A DNA stretch of 64,000 bases from Lachnospiraceae bacterium (GTDB lineage Bacteria; Bacillota; Clostridia; Lachnospirales; Lachnospiraceae): NCBI GenBank assembly GCA_017460485.1, contig JAFUAW010000037.1:5195-69194 (forward strand). Direction: 5' to 3'. Below, in pieces: positions 46,151-54,825 of this stretch. The notes beneath the pieces were generated by a model that saw only the letters and a program-made list of their open reading frames with translations, was not told the DNA's origin and searched no databases. The first letter of the stretch is position 1. The number at the start of each line of letters is the position of its first letter. A program made the translations under genes and the position numbers.

Positions 46151-47182
46151 TCAACTAATAATCTTTTCCCGCTGTAGACATGGTATATCATTTTTCATCG
46201 TTATATGATATATATAGTTCTCCGTTTGAATATCGCGCTCCGTGAAATGTAAACCGGTATCATTACCAGTCAGGTCATACTTATTCATGACATAGTCAAA
46301 CATTTTAATAAAATCCGCACGCAGTCCATGTTTGGCTGATTGAAATATCTCGCCATCAACAGTATCCTCCGTAATTATTTCATATACAGCATTAGGAATA
46401 GAATTCAGGAAACTGCATTTGTCTTCGATTTTTGTCATATGATCCAAAACACCGTTAAAAGATATAATCTTTGCCCGATTGTGAAATCTACTATAGAGCA
46501 ACGGTAATTTATAGATTTCATAATCATCTATAATATTATGGAGAAGATATATATATACCTGCTTAATGGTATGACCGCTATCAAGATATTGTTCAAGAGT
46601 TCTCCCATACTCTATATATGTTGGAAGCAAATAAGAACTATTATCTATTAATCCCGTAAACACATCCGGCATAAAAGCATTGCACAAATAATTAATATAT
46701 GCTCCATGACTGAATCCGTATGCATGAATACGACGCGGATTAATGTGATAGTTATTATCTCTTAATATATCAACAACCACTTTCATAGCAATCAGCTGGT
46801 CTAAAGCCTGTACCGGTCCCATATCATTCATATATGCTTCTGTTTCACCAAGAGCAAGTTCAACAGGAATAGGAGAATCCGTAACCTCTCCTAAAGGTAC
46901 TCCCTTCAATTGATCCGGTGTCAATTCTATATCTTGCATATACTCCCAGCCAAAATAATTACATTGTACAACAACATAATTATATTTATCCGCAAACTGT
47001 TCTCTCATTTTATGAAACACATTGCTGTTTGCCTGACCCCCATAGCCGGATGAAAGCAGCAATATTCCTGTATCATTATTGATTCCTGTTTCCGGTTCCG
47101 AAAAATATATATCAAGATTTCTTGGACAAGGGGCATACAGACTAGGCTGGGAATTAACTGTAATACTATATTGGTTAGCCAT
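46151..47182 (-). CDS. Alpha/beta-hydrolase-like protein (possibly DUF2920-type)
   Basis: A GFSHG nucleophile-elbow motif (AYGFSHGAY). From memory, the overall layout resembles the DUF2920 proteins of Campylobacter flagellar glycosylation loci. This needs an HMM check. Confidence 0.4.
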   Translation of the reverse strand: MANQYSITVNSQPSLYAPCPRNLDIYFSEPETGINNDTGILLLSSGYGGQANSNVFHKMREQFADKYNYVVVQCNYFGWEYMQDIELTPDQLKGVPLGEVTDSPIPVELALGETEAYMNDMGPVQALDQLIAMKVVVDILRDNNYHINPRRIHAYGFSHGAYINYLCNAFMPDVFTGLIDNSSYLLPTYIEYGRTLEQYLDSGHTIKQVYIYLLHNIIDDYEIYKLPLLYSRFHNRAKIISFNGVLDHMTKIEDKCSFLNSIPNAVYEIITEDTVDGEIFQSAKHGLRADFIKMFDYVMNKYDLTGNDTGLHFTERDIQTENYIYHITMKNDIPCLQREKIIS

Positions 47183-47200
47183 TTTTATTTCCTTTTGCAA

Positions 47201-47470
47201 TTAATAATTATCCAAAATCGGATTCACTTCAAATATCAGCAAATCCGCTAACAGAACATAGTCTTTTAATTCCATCGACTCCATAATATTTTTCATAATA
47301 TTTGTATAAGCCGGAATATCTTCCTGTGCTAATTCCGAAGAAAACCCTGCTAATTTTTGAATCAGTGAGGGGAGTGCCTTAACACCCTCTCCCAAATTGT
47401 TTTGATATAACAAATCAGATACGGTAAGAATCTCTTGTTGAAGCCCTGATTTCAAAGTATTATCACTCAT
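47201..47470 (-). CDS. Small helical protein homologous to the N-terminal extension of the Maf variant
   Basis: An 89-aa protein. ...SSELAQ...IMESMELKDYVLLADLLIFEVNPILDN aligns by eye with ...STGLAQ...IYTAQEQKDYILMGDYYEWEILPLLYQ of 40900..42561. Confidence 0.45.
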   Translation of the reverse strand: MSDNTLKSGLQQEILTVSDLLYQNNLGEGVKALPSLIQKLAGFSSELAQEDIPAYTNIMKNIMESMELKDYVLLADLLIFEVNPILDNY

Positions 47471-47494
47471 AATTTCCCTTCTTTCTTTTTTTGA

Positions 47495-49057
47495 TTATTG
47501 AAAGTCTTCTCTTGACATTGCTTCTTCAATCACTCTGATAAATTCCTTCTTCCCATCAGTCAGCATCTCCGCTCTTTCATAAGCCTTTTTCTGCATTTCA
47601 TGGTAAAAGTCCGGATCAGACTTATATCTCAATACAGTATCATACATATCATCATAATCTTTTACATGAAAATTAGGACCCGCTCCCAATCCTCCATCTC
47701 CATGATCCATAGTTACAACAGGGACTCCCTTATATAAAGCTTCCGCTACCGATGTGCCGCCGCCCACACGTCTTGGATTAATATACAGATCACAACATTC
47801 CAGGGCGGCCAATACATCCGCTTGAAATCCCAGATCAATTGCATATTTCCGAAAAACAGCATACTCATCCCTGAGCTTATTATATCTTTCAAAATAACCC
47901 ATAAATGCTACATAAATGTCTTGTTCCATTAGTTTTAATAATAGCTTTAGGCAATCCTCATCTATTTCCTTATTAAGCCTTCCTCCGACTAATACTACTA
48001 CAAAACCTTCTTCAGGTAGCCCAAGCTCTTCTCTTGACAGAGCACTTTCCTGATCTTTGAACGAGGAGGTAAATAAACTCTCTATAAAATGATCTTTTGT
48101 CAAACCATGTTTTTCTGCCCATTTCAAATGATCTTCATTCACTCTGCATCCAATGGTCTGAAACTGACCATATGTCTGTGTTCTGTTAGATGGAACTGTT
48201 CCAATAGTAACAGTAGGAACAATCTGCTTACATAAATCAGCAACTATGCTGCTTCCTCCAATGGAAAGAATATAGAATGGTTTTTCTGATTGAACAACAT
48301 TTAAAATCTCTTGTAATACAGGAGGATCTATCATAGTTTCCGGGCATTGATAGTAGGCAAATTCGCAATCTTTATAAAGAATATAATCAGAATTTGATAA
48401 TTCATCCATATAATTCCCATAAGACTGATTAAACAATGGATACTCGCATTCCTGACATACCATTTCTGCAGTATTTATAATATATACTTTTTTATTCATA
48501 TATTTTTGGATAATATAACAGCGATCCATCAATGTCTTTGTCGGACCGTGCGATAAAGACAGAACTTGTCCTGTAAGTATGATTACCAAATTCTGATTCC
48601 TATCCGAACAGGGTATGTAATGATATTCTTGACTCAATAACGCTTCATAGATATCTAAGATCATCTGATACAAATCGTCAAGCAGATCAGTTGCCTCATA
48701 ATCCGGAGATACCACTCCCAGAAATATCATTTTATTCAATTGCCCCAAAATATGTCTTCTGCCTTTAGGAGATATTGATGTATCATTTAAACAATGCCTG
48801 ATTACTTTTTTATACAGTATCAAATCATTCGAAGCATATATCAAAAAACTTGCAAAATAATAATAATAACCTGTATCTTCAAGCACATCCATTATATCCT
48901 GAAATACATCCAATAACAAAGGTATATCTTTTCTTCTATAATCCAATTCATATTCGAGGTATAAATGATAATAATCATCCAAATCTTGAATCGTTATTTT
49001 ATCATATGCAAAGTCAACTGTACGATTATAAAGATCTTTCACCGTAATCTTATCCAT
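47495..49057 (-). CDS. Two-domain protein with a C-terminal GT-B-type glycosyltransferase half
   Basis: The C-terminal VVLVGGRLNKE...DLYINPRRVGGGTSVAEALYKGVPVVT resembles GT1/GT41-type sugar transferases. The N-terminal half is unassigned. The ATG at 49057 follows a GTGAGGA RBS. Confidence 0.5.
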   Translation of the reverse strand: MDKITVKDLYNRTVDFAYDKITIQDLDDYYHLYLEYELDYRRKDIPLLLDVFQDIMDVLEDTGYYYYFASFLIYASNDLILYKKVIRHCLNDTSISPKGRRHILGQLNKMIFLGVVSPDYEATDLLDDLYQMILDIYEALLSQEYHYIPCSDRNQNLVIILTGQVLSLSHGPTKTLMDRCYIIQKYMNKKVYIINTAEMVCQECEYPLFNQSYGNYMDELSNSDYILYKDCEFAYYQCPETMIDPPVLQEILNVVQSEKPFYILSIGGSSIVADLCKQIVPTVTIGTVPSNRTQTYGQFQTIGCRVNEDHLKWAEKHGLTKDHFIESLFTSSFKDQESALSREELGLPEEGFVVVLVGGRLNKEIDEDCLKLLLKLMEQDIYVAFMGYFERYNKLRDEYAVFRKYAIDLGFQADVLAALECCDLYINPRRVGGGTSVAEALYKGVPVVTMDHGDGGLGAGPNFHVKDYDDMYDTVLRYKSDPDFYHEMQKKAYERAEMLTDGKKEFIRVIEEAMSREDFQ

Positions 49058-49080
49058 ACCCAATCCTCACTTTTCTTAAC

Positions 49081-49114
49081 ATATACAAATAAAGCCGGTC
49101 AATATGACCGGCTT
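49081..49114 (-). terminator. Rho-independent terminator downstream of fliC
   Basis: AAGCCGGTC-ATATT-GACCGGCTT (9-bp GC-rich stem) followed by TATTTGTATAT on the minus strand. It lies 20 nt after the fliC stop and about 25 nt before the next start codon. Confidence 0.7.
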
Positions 49115-49133
49115 ATTTGTCGTAATCCGAAGA

Positions 49134-49937
49134 TTACTGAAGTAATGATAATACACCCTGATTAGACTGGTTAGCCTGAGCCAACATTGACTGAGAAGCC
49201 TGCTGTACAATGTTAGACTTGCTGTAGTTAACCATCTCAGTAGCCATATCTGTATCACGGATACGAGATTCAGCCTCTGTTAAGTTCTCAGAGTAGTTCT
49301 TGATGTTATTTACAGTGTACTCCAAACGGTTCTGAACTGCACCTAACTTAGCTCTCTGCTCAGATACATCTTTGATCTTCTTCTGAACTGCAGAAAGTAC
49401 CTTCTGTGCGTTGCTATGAGTACCAACAGATCCGCCAACCTTACCGATAGATACCTTAATGGTGATCTTCAGTTCGTCAGTCTTACCTGCATTAGCACCA
49501 ATCTGAAGATATCCAGAGAATGCATTCAACTTCTTGCCATTGAACTTAGCACGGCTAGCAATAGCTGCGAGCTCAGAATCTAACTGATTCAGCTCCTTGT
49601 TGATAGCTTCACGATCTTCAGTAGCATTAACATCGTTAGCACCCTTGTCTGCCAGCTCTTCCATTCTCTGAAGAATAGCATGCATCTCATTCATGTTACC
49701 TTCTGCTGTCTGGATCATTGAGATACCATCTTCAGCATTGTTAACTGCCTGATTCAGACCTCTGATCTGTGCACGCATCTTCTCAGAAATACTAAGACCT
49801 GCTGCATCATCTGCCGCTCTGTTAACCTTGTAGCCGGAAGCCAACTTCTCAGAAGACTTCTTTACTACTGCTACATTTGCGCCCAGCATTCTGTTTGTGT
49901 TGTTTGCCTGTAAATTGTGTTGTACTACCATTCCCAT
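49134..49937 (-). CDS. fliC: Flagellin (short, D0/D1-only type)
   Basis: MVVQHNLQANNTNRMLG...SGYKVNRAADDAAGLSISEKMRAQIRGLNQA...GAVQNRLEYT...SMLAQANQSNQGVLSLLQ are the canonical flagellin N- and C-terminal domains. Confidence 0.95.
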   Translation of the reverse strand: MGMVVQHNLQANNTNRMLGANVAVVKKSSEKLASGYKVNRAADDAAGLSISEKMRAQIRGLNQAVNNAEDGISMIQTAEGNMNEMHAILQRMEELADKGANDVNATEDREAINKELNQLDSELAAIASRAKFNGKKLNAFSGYLQIGANAGKTDELKITIKVSIGKVGGSVGTHSNAQKVLSAVQKKIKDVSEQRAKLGAVQNRLEYTVNNIKNYSENLTEAESRIRDTDMATEMVNYSKSNIVQQASQSMLAQANQSNQGVLSLLQ

Positions 49938-50001
49938 AATAATTCCTCCTTGAATATACTGTCGCGTCCTTGCGACATTTACTAGAAGTCCTTTGGACTT
50001 C
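49938..50001 (-). promoter_or_regulatory. fliC 5' leader with CsrA-type binding sites
   Basis: The minus-strand hairpin TGTCGC-AAGGAC-GCGACA (49960..49977) presents GGA in its loop. The SD AAGGAGG (49946..49952) offers a second GGA site. A third hairpin, GAAGTCC-AAA-GGACTTC, lies at 49985..50001. Confidence 0.55.
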
Positions 50002-50041
50002 CGTTAAATGGTTTTTGGGGTTTTTCACCCTTGTATTATAT

Positions 50042-50067
50042 ATATCGGATGTTTTATCCGATACTTA
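50042..50067 (-). promoter_or_regulatory. Sigma-28-type promoter of fliC (TAAG-N14-TCCGATAT)
   Basis: The -10 matches GCCGATAT at 7 of 8 positions, about 100 nt upstream of the fliC start. Confidence 0.6.
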
Positions 50068-50103
50068 ATACCTAAATTTAATTTTTTTAAAATTTTTTCA
50101 AAT

Positions 50104-50583
50104 TTATTTTTTTTGATCCATAAAAATGGAATCCACGTTCTGAGACGGTCTCATGGAATTATAATAACTGCTCACAACCTTCGAATTCGCCTTAACCTGT
50201 CGCAGTTCCTTCTGTTCCCTTGCAAATATTAATTCCAAACGATTGCGATTCCTTGCCTCTAAAGCCTGAATCTCAACCTCCAAATCTGTACATTTACGAA
50301 TCAATTCCTGTATTTTCTTGATATCATCCTTATATAATTCCTTTTTAGCAGTTAATTCTGACCGAATCTGAGTGAATACCGACTCAAATCCTTCATCCAA
50401 CTCATCAATCTGTCCCAGCAGTACATCTTTCTGATCCATATTCTCTTCAAATGCTTCAAGAACAAAATCCTCTTGAATAGCAATTTGTTCCTGACGCCGA
50501 GTTGCTTCTAACAATGCCTGTAATATAGATATTTTCTTCTCCATCGTTTCCGCCAATATCAATAAATACTTTTTTATATCCAT
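50104..50583 (-). CDS. Flagellar export chaperone-like coiled-coil protein (FliT/FlgN-like)
   Basis: A 159-aa helical protein placed between fliS and fliC, where Firmicutes carry fliT. I recognised no strong motif. Confidence 0.4.
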   Translation of the reverse strand: MDIKKYLLILAETMEKKISILQALLEATRRQEQIAIQEDFVLEAFEENMDQKDVLLGQIDELDEGFESVFTQIRSELTAKKELYKDDIKKIQELIRKCTDLEVEIQALEARNRNRLELIFAREQKELRQVKANSKVVSSYYNSMRPSQNVDSIFMDQKK

Positions 50584-50643
50584 ATTACAAACCTCACATG
50601 TAAGATGATACCATAATCATTTTATATAGAAACTTATCAAAGC

Positions 50644-51042
50644 TTAATGCGTATCAGTTGCTGTTCCTTGAGGCTGCTTTGCTGTCCGCATAACGATCTT
50701 CCAATTATCCCGCATATCACGAATCTCACTTAATGCCTCATTCAGGATATCAGGATCCTTCTTAATATTAGCATCTACTAATTTATTAAATATGTAGTCG
50801 TACACAATATCAAAATCCTTCGCAACTGCATATCGATGATCAAGAGTAGTCTGTAATTCTACGATAATATTTCTGGCTTTTTGTATATTGATATTAGCCT
50901 TTTCATAATCTTTATTTTCAATACCTGCCATGGCTATATTGCAGAACTTAATTGCACCATCATATAACATCAATACTAATTCAGCTGGAGATGCTGTTTC
51001 AACTTTTCTAGCCCCATATGCCTGTGCCGCATTACGAACCAT
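50644..51042 (-). CDS. fliS: Flagellar export chaperone FliS
   Basis: AQAYGARKVETASPAELVLMLYDGAIKF...KARNIIVELQTTLD is the FliS signature. The ATG at 51042 follows a GAGAGGT RBS. Confidence 0.85.
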   Translation of the reverse strand: MVRNAAQAYGARKVETASPAELVLMLYDGAIKFCNIAMAGIENKDYEKANINIQKARNIIVELQTTLDHRYAVAKDFDIVYDYIFNKLVDANIKKDPDILNEALSEIRDMRDNWKIVMRTAKQPQGTATDTH

Positions 51043-51155
51043 AACATTACCTCTCTTCATGTATATATCAGAGAACCATCTTGCGGACTCTGCCAATTGC
51101 AGAATCCACAAGATCATTCAATTAACTATAATAATACACCATCTTTTTCCAAGAA

Positions 51156-53189
51156 TCAAGAACCAAAGAATCCTGCGAAACTACTCTGCTGAGACTGCAG
51201 CTGTGCCATCAAAGTCTCCATTCTTGCAAACTGCTTGTAATAACGATCTTCAACATCATTCATCTTATCTGTCAACTTATCGATCTTATCGTCATATTTC
51301 TTAATATCGCTATCCATTTGCTTATCTGCATAGAATGTTAATGCACTACTTGTAGAAGATCCTTTCATAGCTTTTTGGAAGCTGTCATAAAGTCCGTTTC
51401 CAAGCTCACTTAATGTCTTGATCAAGGCATCCGGATTGTCTGCAATAGCTGCTTTCAATTTATTGGTCTTTCCACTATAAGCAGCATCATCCTCATCACC
51501 TTCTATATGAAGCTGACCATATTCATTCCAATTACCGGTAGTGATTCCAAAGCTTGATAAACTATACCGTTTTTCAATGCCATCCGAACCTGTATAGGAT
51601 ACACCCTTATTTAAGCTGCTTCTCATGGTTGATAAGAGAGAATTAACAGTAGAATCTCGGCGAAGAAGTGAAGCTTTAATTTTATTCTCCCATTCTTCCA
51701 CTTCCTTATCTGACATGGCATCCTTCTTTTCATCCGTCAGCATAGCATAATCCTTGGCACTTTCGGCATTGTAAAGAGTATTCATTTCTTTAATCAATGC
51801 ATTATACTCTTTTACAAAATCTTTTACTGCATTGTAAATTGCATCTGTATCTGTGGACACCGTCATCTTAATCGGTTCATCTGAGATTTCATTACCTTCT
51901 TCATCCAGCTTCATCGTCACATCATTTACTGTGAAGTTCAATCCATTCAAACTGAATTCATTAGAAGACTGTCGGAACTCAGCCCCATTATACCGAACAA
52001 TTGCGTCTTTTCCGTCAATCTTTGTAGCATGATCAGAATCTAATCCGATCAATGATAATCCCATATCAGATTCTTCCGTCTTGGAAACATCCGTATACGC
52101 TTTTAATTCAAAATCAAACGCTTCACCGGACTCAGTAGAATTCACAAAGAATGTACCCATTTTCTCATCATAATTTGCTTTTACACCCATCTTGGAGAAT
52201 TCATTTGCAAGACCGGACAGTGTTGTATTCTGATCAATCGTAAACGAATAGGTCTTGGCATCAGTACCCTTTCCTACTGTAATCTCATACGTAGTACCAT
52301 TTGCAATTCCCATATCCGTCAGCTTCGTACTTCCGGTTACTGCTGCTGGAGTATCTGATACAGACACCTTGTTAAATGCATTACCTGCGGTAACGATATT
52401 ATCGCCTGCATCACTGGTCTGCTTGCTGGCAACAATACCACTAGCACTAATACCCAACGCTTTTGCAGACTCATCGTCAGAGCCTTTAATGGTAAAGTTC
52501 GTTCCACCGGAATATACCGTTTGTGATGGATCATCCGGGTTAGGAGAAGATGTTGCGGTAGTATTCTTGAATTCGAATCCACCCATAGAAGTATTATAGC
52601 TGACTTCTAATCCGATATCTCCAAGATCCGCATTCATGTTGTCGATCACACTCTGCAAAGTTCCGTCATCGCTCCTAGTTGTAATCGTCTTAGTCTGCTC
52701 ATTGCCATCAGCATCGGTATAGGTCACACTAAAACTTTTGCCAAGAACATCCACCTGATTACCCTTTGAGTCAACCAGATCAGACAATTGCTTTCCGGCA
52801 GCATTCTCATCTGCAACATAAGAAGTTGTGTTAAAAGCCTTACCTTTCAAACTCGCACTTGTTAAATAAGCAGAACTGGCCACCTGTTTTACAGATAAGG
52901 TATGCGAACCTGTTACCGCATTATTGCTGGCATTCACAGTTACCGCCTTATCATTGGTTGTTGCTACCTTCTTTGCCTTATAAGTCCCAACAGATTTGAA
53001 CTTACTAAGAGCACCTGTATAGAAGCTATACAACTTTGTATTCAAGGAAGCCCATGCTTCTTTTTTCCATTTTAATTTCGTCTGATCACCTTTGGCTGTA
53101 TCAACCTTAGCTTGATGACCAGTCATCATACTCTTAATAATTGATTCTGTATCCAATCCGGATGCCAGACCTGTTACTCTTGTTGGCAT
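51156..53189 (-). CDS. fliD: Flagellar filament cap protein FliD
   Basis: The N-terminus RVTGLASGLDTESIIKSMM and the C-terminus YYKQFARMETLMAQLQSQQS are typical of FliD. Confidence 0.9.
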   Translation of the reverse strand: MPTRVTGLASGLDTESIIKSMMTGHQAKVDTAKGDQTKLKWKKEAWASLNTKLYSFYTGALSKFKSVGTYKAKKVATTNDKAVTVNASNNAVTGSHTLSVKQVASSAYLTSASLKGKAFNTTSYVADENAAGKQLSDLVDSKGNQVDVLGKSFSVTYTDADGNEQTKTITTRSDDGTLQSVIDNMNADLGDIGLEVSYNTSMGGFEFKNTTATSSPNPDDPSQTVYSGGTNFTIKGSDDESAKALGISASGIVASKQTSDAGDNIVTAGNAFNKVSVSDTPAAVTGSTKLTDMGIANGTTYEITVGKGTDAKTYSFTIDQNTTLSGLANEFSKMGVKANYDEKMGTFFVNSTESGEAFDFELKAYTDVSKTEESDMGLSLIGLDSDHATKIDGKDAIVRYNGAEFRQSSNEFSLNGLNFTVNDVTMKLDEEGNEISDEPIKMTVSTDTDAIYNAVKDFVKEYNALIKEMNTLYNAESAKDYAMLTDEKKDAMSDKEVEEWENKIKASLLRRDSTVNSLLSTMRSSLNKGVSYTGSDGIEKRYSLSSFGITTGNWNEYGQLHIEGDEDDAAYSGKTNKLKAAIADNPDALIKTLSELGNGLYDSFQKAMKGSSTSSALTFYADKQMDSDIKKYDDKIDKLTDKMNDVEDRYYKQFARMETLMAQLQSQQSSFAGFFGS

Positions 53190-53205
53190 AGCATGTTCCT
53201 CCTTT

Positions 53206-53646
53206 CTATCGTTTTTCGTCTACTAAGATTCCTGCCAGTTCCAACGTCTTCGCGATCATATCCAATGTCTTCTCAGGCGGGATCTCACGGATAACTTCAC
53301 CGGAATCCTGATCCATAACCTTAATAGAGATTCTCTTCGTCTTCTCATGATAAGAGAACTGACACTCTGTATGCGTCGGCTTAATCTTCGAGTTGATATC
53401 TCGAAGGGCACTCTCTACCTTCTCTTTGGATACTTCATGAATTGGAATTCCTACATCTTGACCCGGCTGTTCCTGTTCATTCGGATACTGTTGACCGCTC
53501 TCTGCAGAACTCTCAGATACGTTTGCAACCTTTACATAATTATCAGCGACAGGGGCTGCTGCCTGTACGGGTGTTACATCCGGTGTAGTTGTATTGTAAT
53601 TCCGCATTCCGGACGCTACACTTGATTCAATACCACCGATTCCCAT
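53206..53646 (-). CDS. flaG: Flagellar protein FlaG
   Basis: The C-terminal FSYHEKTKRISIKVMDQDSGEVIREIPPEKTLDM is the FlaG family motif. The ATG at 53646 follows a GGAGGTG RBS. Confidence 0.8.
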   Translation of the reverse strand: MGIGGIESSVASGMRNYNTTTPDVTPVQAAAPVADNYVKVANVSESSAESGQQYPNEQEQPGQDVGIPIHEVSKEKVESALRDINSKIKPTHTECQFSYHEKTKRISIKVMDQDSGEVIREIPPEKTLDMIAKTLELAGILVDEKR

Positions 53647-53785
53647 ATCTTTCACCTCCATGTGATCGTTTTGCGTGTTCATCACACATTATATAGATAC
53701 CTGCCTGTTCCTCCATGATTCGCAGGCACCAAATAGGCTTCTAAGACATCTTTCCTGTCAGTCTTGAAACCTACTCTTAACTACT

Positions 53786-53812
53786 GTATCGACAGACCAC
53801 CTTAATATCTTA
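53786..53812 (-). promoter_or_regulatory. Sigma-28-type promoter candidate for flaG-fliD-fliS (TAAG-N15-GTCGATAC)
   Basis: A 6-of-8 match in the -10 element with correct spacing, in the csrA-flaG intergenic region. Confidence 0.45.
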
Positions 53813-53837
53813 ACACTTATTTTATATTTTTTTGTCA

Positions 53838-54056
53838 TTATAGGATATCATTTAATTCTTTTACAACATTTGCCTGTTCTACCGTTTCCTTATTTGTCTC
53901 TTTGATCTGAAGGTACAGTTCTTTACGGTATACTGGGACGGATTTTGGTGCGCTGATGCCGATCTTGACCTGATCTCCTTTCACTTCCAGGATTGTAACC
54001 TCTATATCATTGCCGATCACAATAGCTTCATTTTCTTTTCTGGATAATGCTAGCAT
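53838..54056 (-). CDS. csrA: Carbon storage regulator CsrA
   Basis: [46 protein letters not shown] is a near-canonical CsrA sequence. Confidence 0.95.
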   Translation of the reverse strand: MLALSRKENEAIVIGNDIEVTILEVKGDQVKIGISAPKSVPVYRKELYLQIKETNKETVEQANVVKELNDIL

Positions 54057-54517
54057 GTGCCTTCACCCGCCTTCCGACTCTGAACTGCGTCATATACATT
54101 GAATTTGGAATCATAATCCGGATTCTCTACAATAATCTGTCCACCCTTGCAGGTTGCGGAATTAATGATGATCGGAGCCTTCAAATTCGCAGTTACCTTA
54201 GTAACATCTGAAGAAGTGATCAATGTCAGCAATACCACCATATCCTCATCGCTCGGATTGCCAAGAGGCTCCAGCAGACTATCTTCGATCATCGGATTAT
54301 ACTCATCCAAGACCGCAAACGGTTCCAGAACAGGAAAAGCCATATATGGATCTTCCATGCATTGCAGCCAGCGGATTGCCGTATCCTCACCCTTTTCCAG
54401 ATCATAGATGATCGCAAATTTATGTTTGTCCTCGAATCCTATAATTCCATTTGGAAAATCAAGAATCTTGTCATCATCAATTGTAACTTCCCCAAAAAAT
54501 CTTGTCTGTGCTACCAT
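54050..54517 (-). CDS. fliW: Flagellar assembly factor FliW
   Basis: [25 protein letters not shown]...NLKAPIIIN is the FliW family pattern. The gene overlaps csrA by 7 nt, as in Bacillus. Confidence 0.9.
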   Translation of the reverse strand: MVAQTRFFGEVTIDDDKILDFPNGIIGFEDKHKFAIIYDLEKGEDTAIRWLQCMEDPYMAFPVLEPFAVLDEYNPMIEDSLLEPLGNPSDEDMVVLLTLITSSDVTKVTANLKAPIIINSATCKGGQIIVENPDYDSKFNVYDAVQSRKAGEGTC

Positions 54518-54620
54518 ATACCTTTCCTCCTTATAATTAATACAACCCCTAATCTAATCTATGATTCACATATAGATAGATTCAATATATATTGTTATGC
54601 CGAACCTATTACCCGTATAC

Positions 54621-54654
54621 AACGAAAGACCCAGACTGCACATTGCCCCGGGTC
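54621..54654 (-). terminator. Terminator candidate after flgL
   Basis: GACCCGG-loop-CTGGGTC (7 bp including one G-U pair) followed by TTTCGTT on the minus strand. Confidence 0.35.
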
Positions 54655-54825
54655 ATTCGTAATCGTTAGATAGCGTATTCCACACTATTTGCAAACGGAT
54701 AATTATGATTCGTAACCCATACTTAATAATACCATAGTCTTACCTTTGGATTCAACCGCCAATTACAATCTCAGCATAGTATATCACTTAACTGATACGA
54801 AAAAGTAATCACAATACAGATAATC

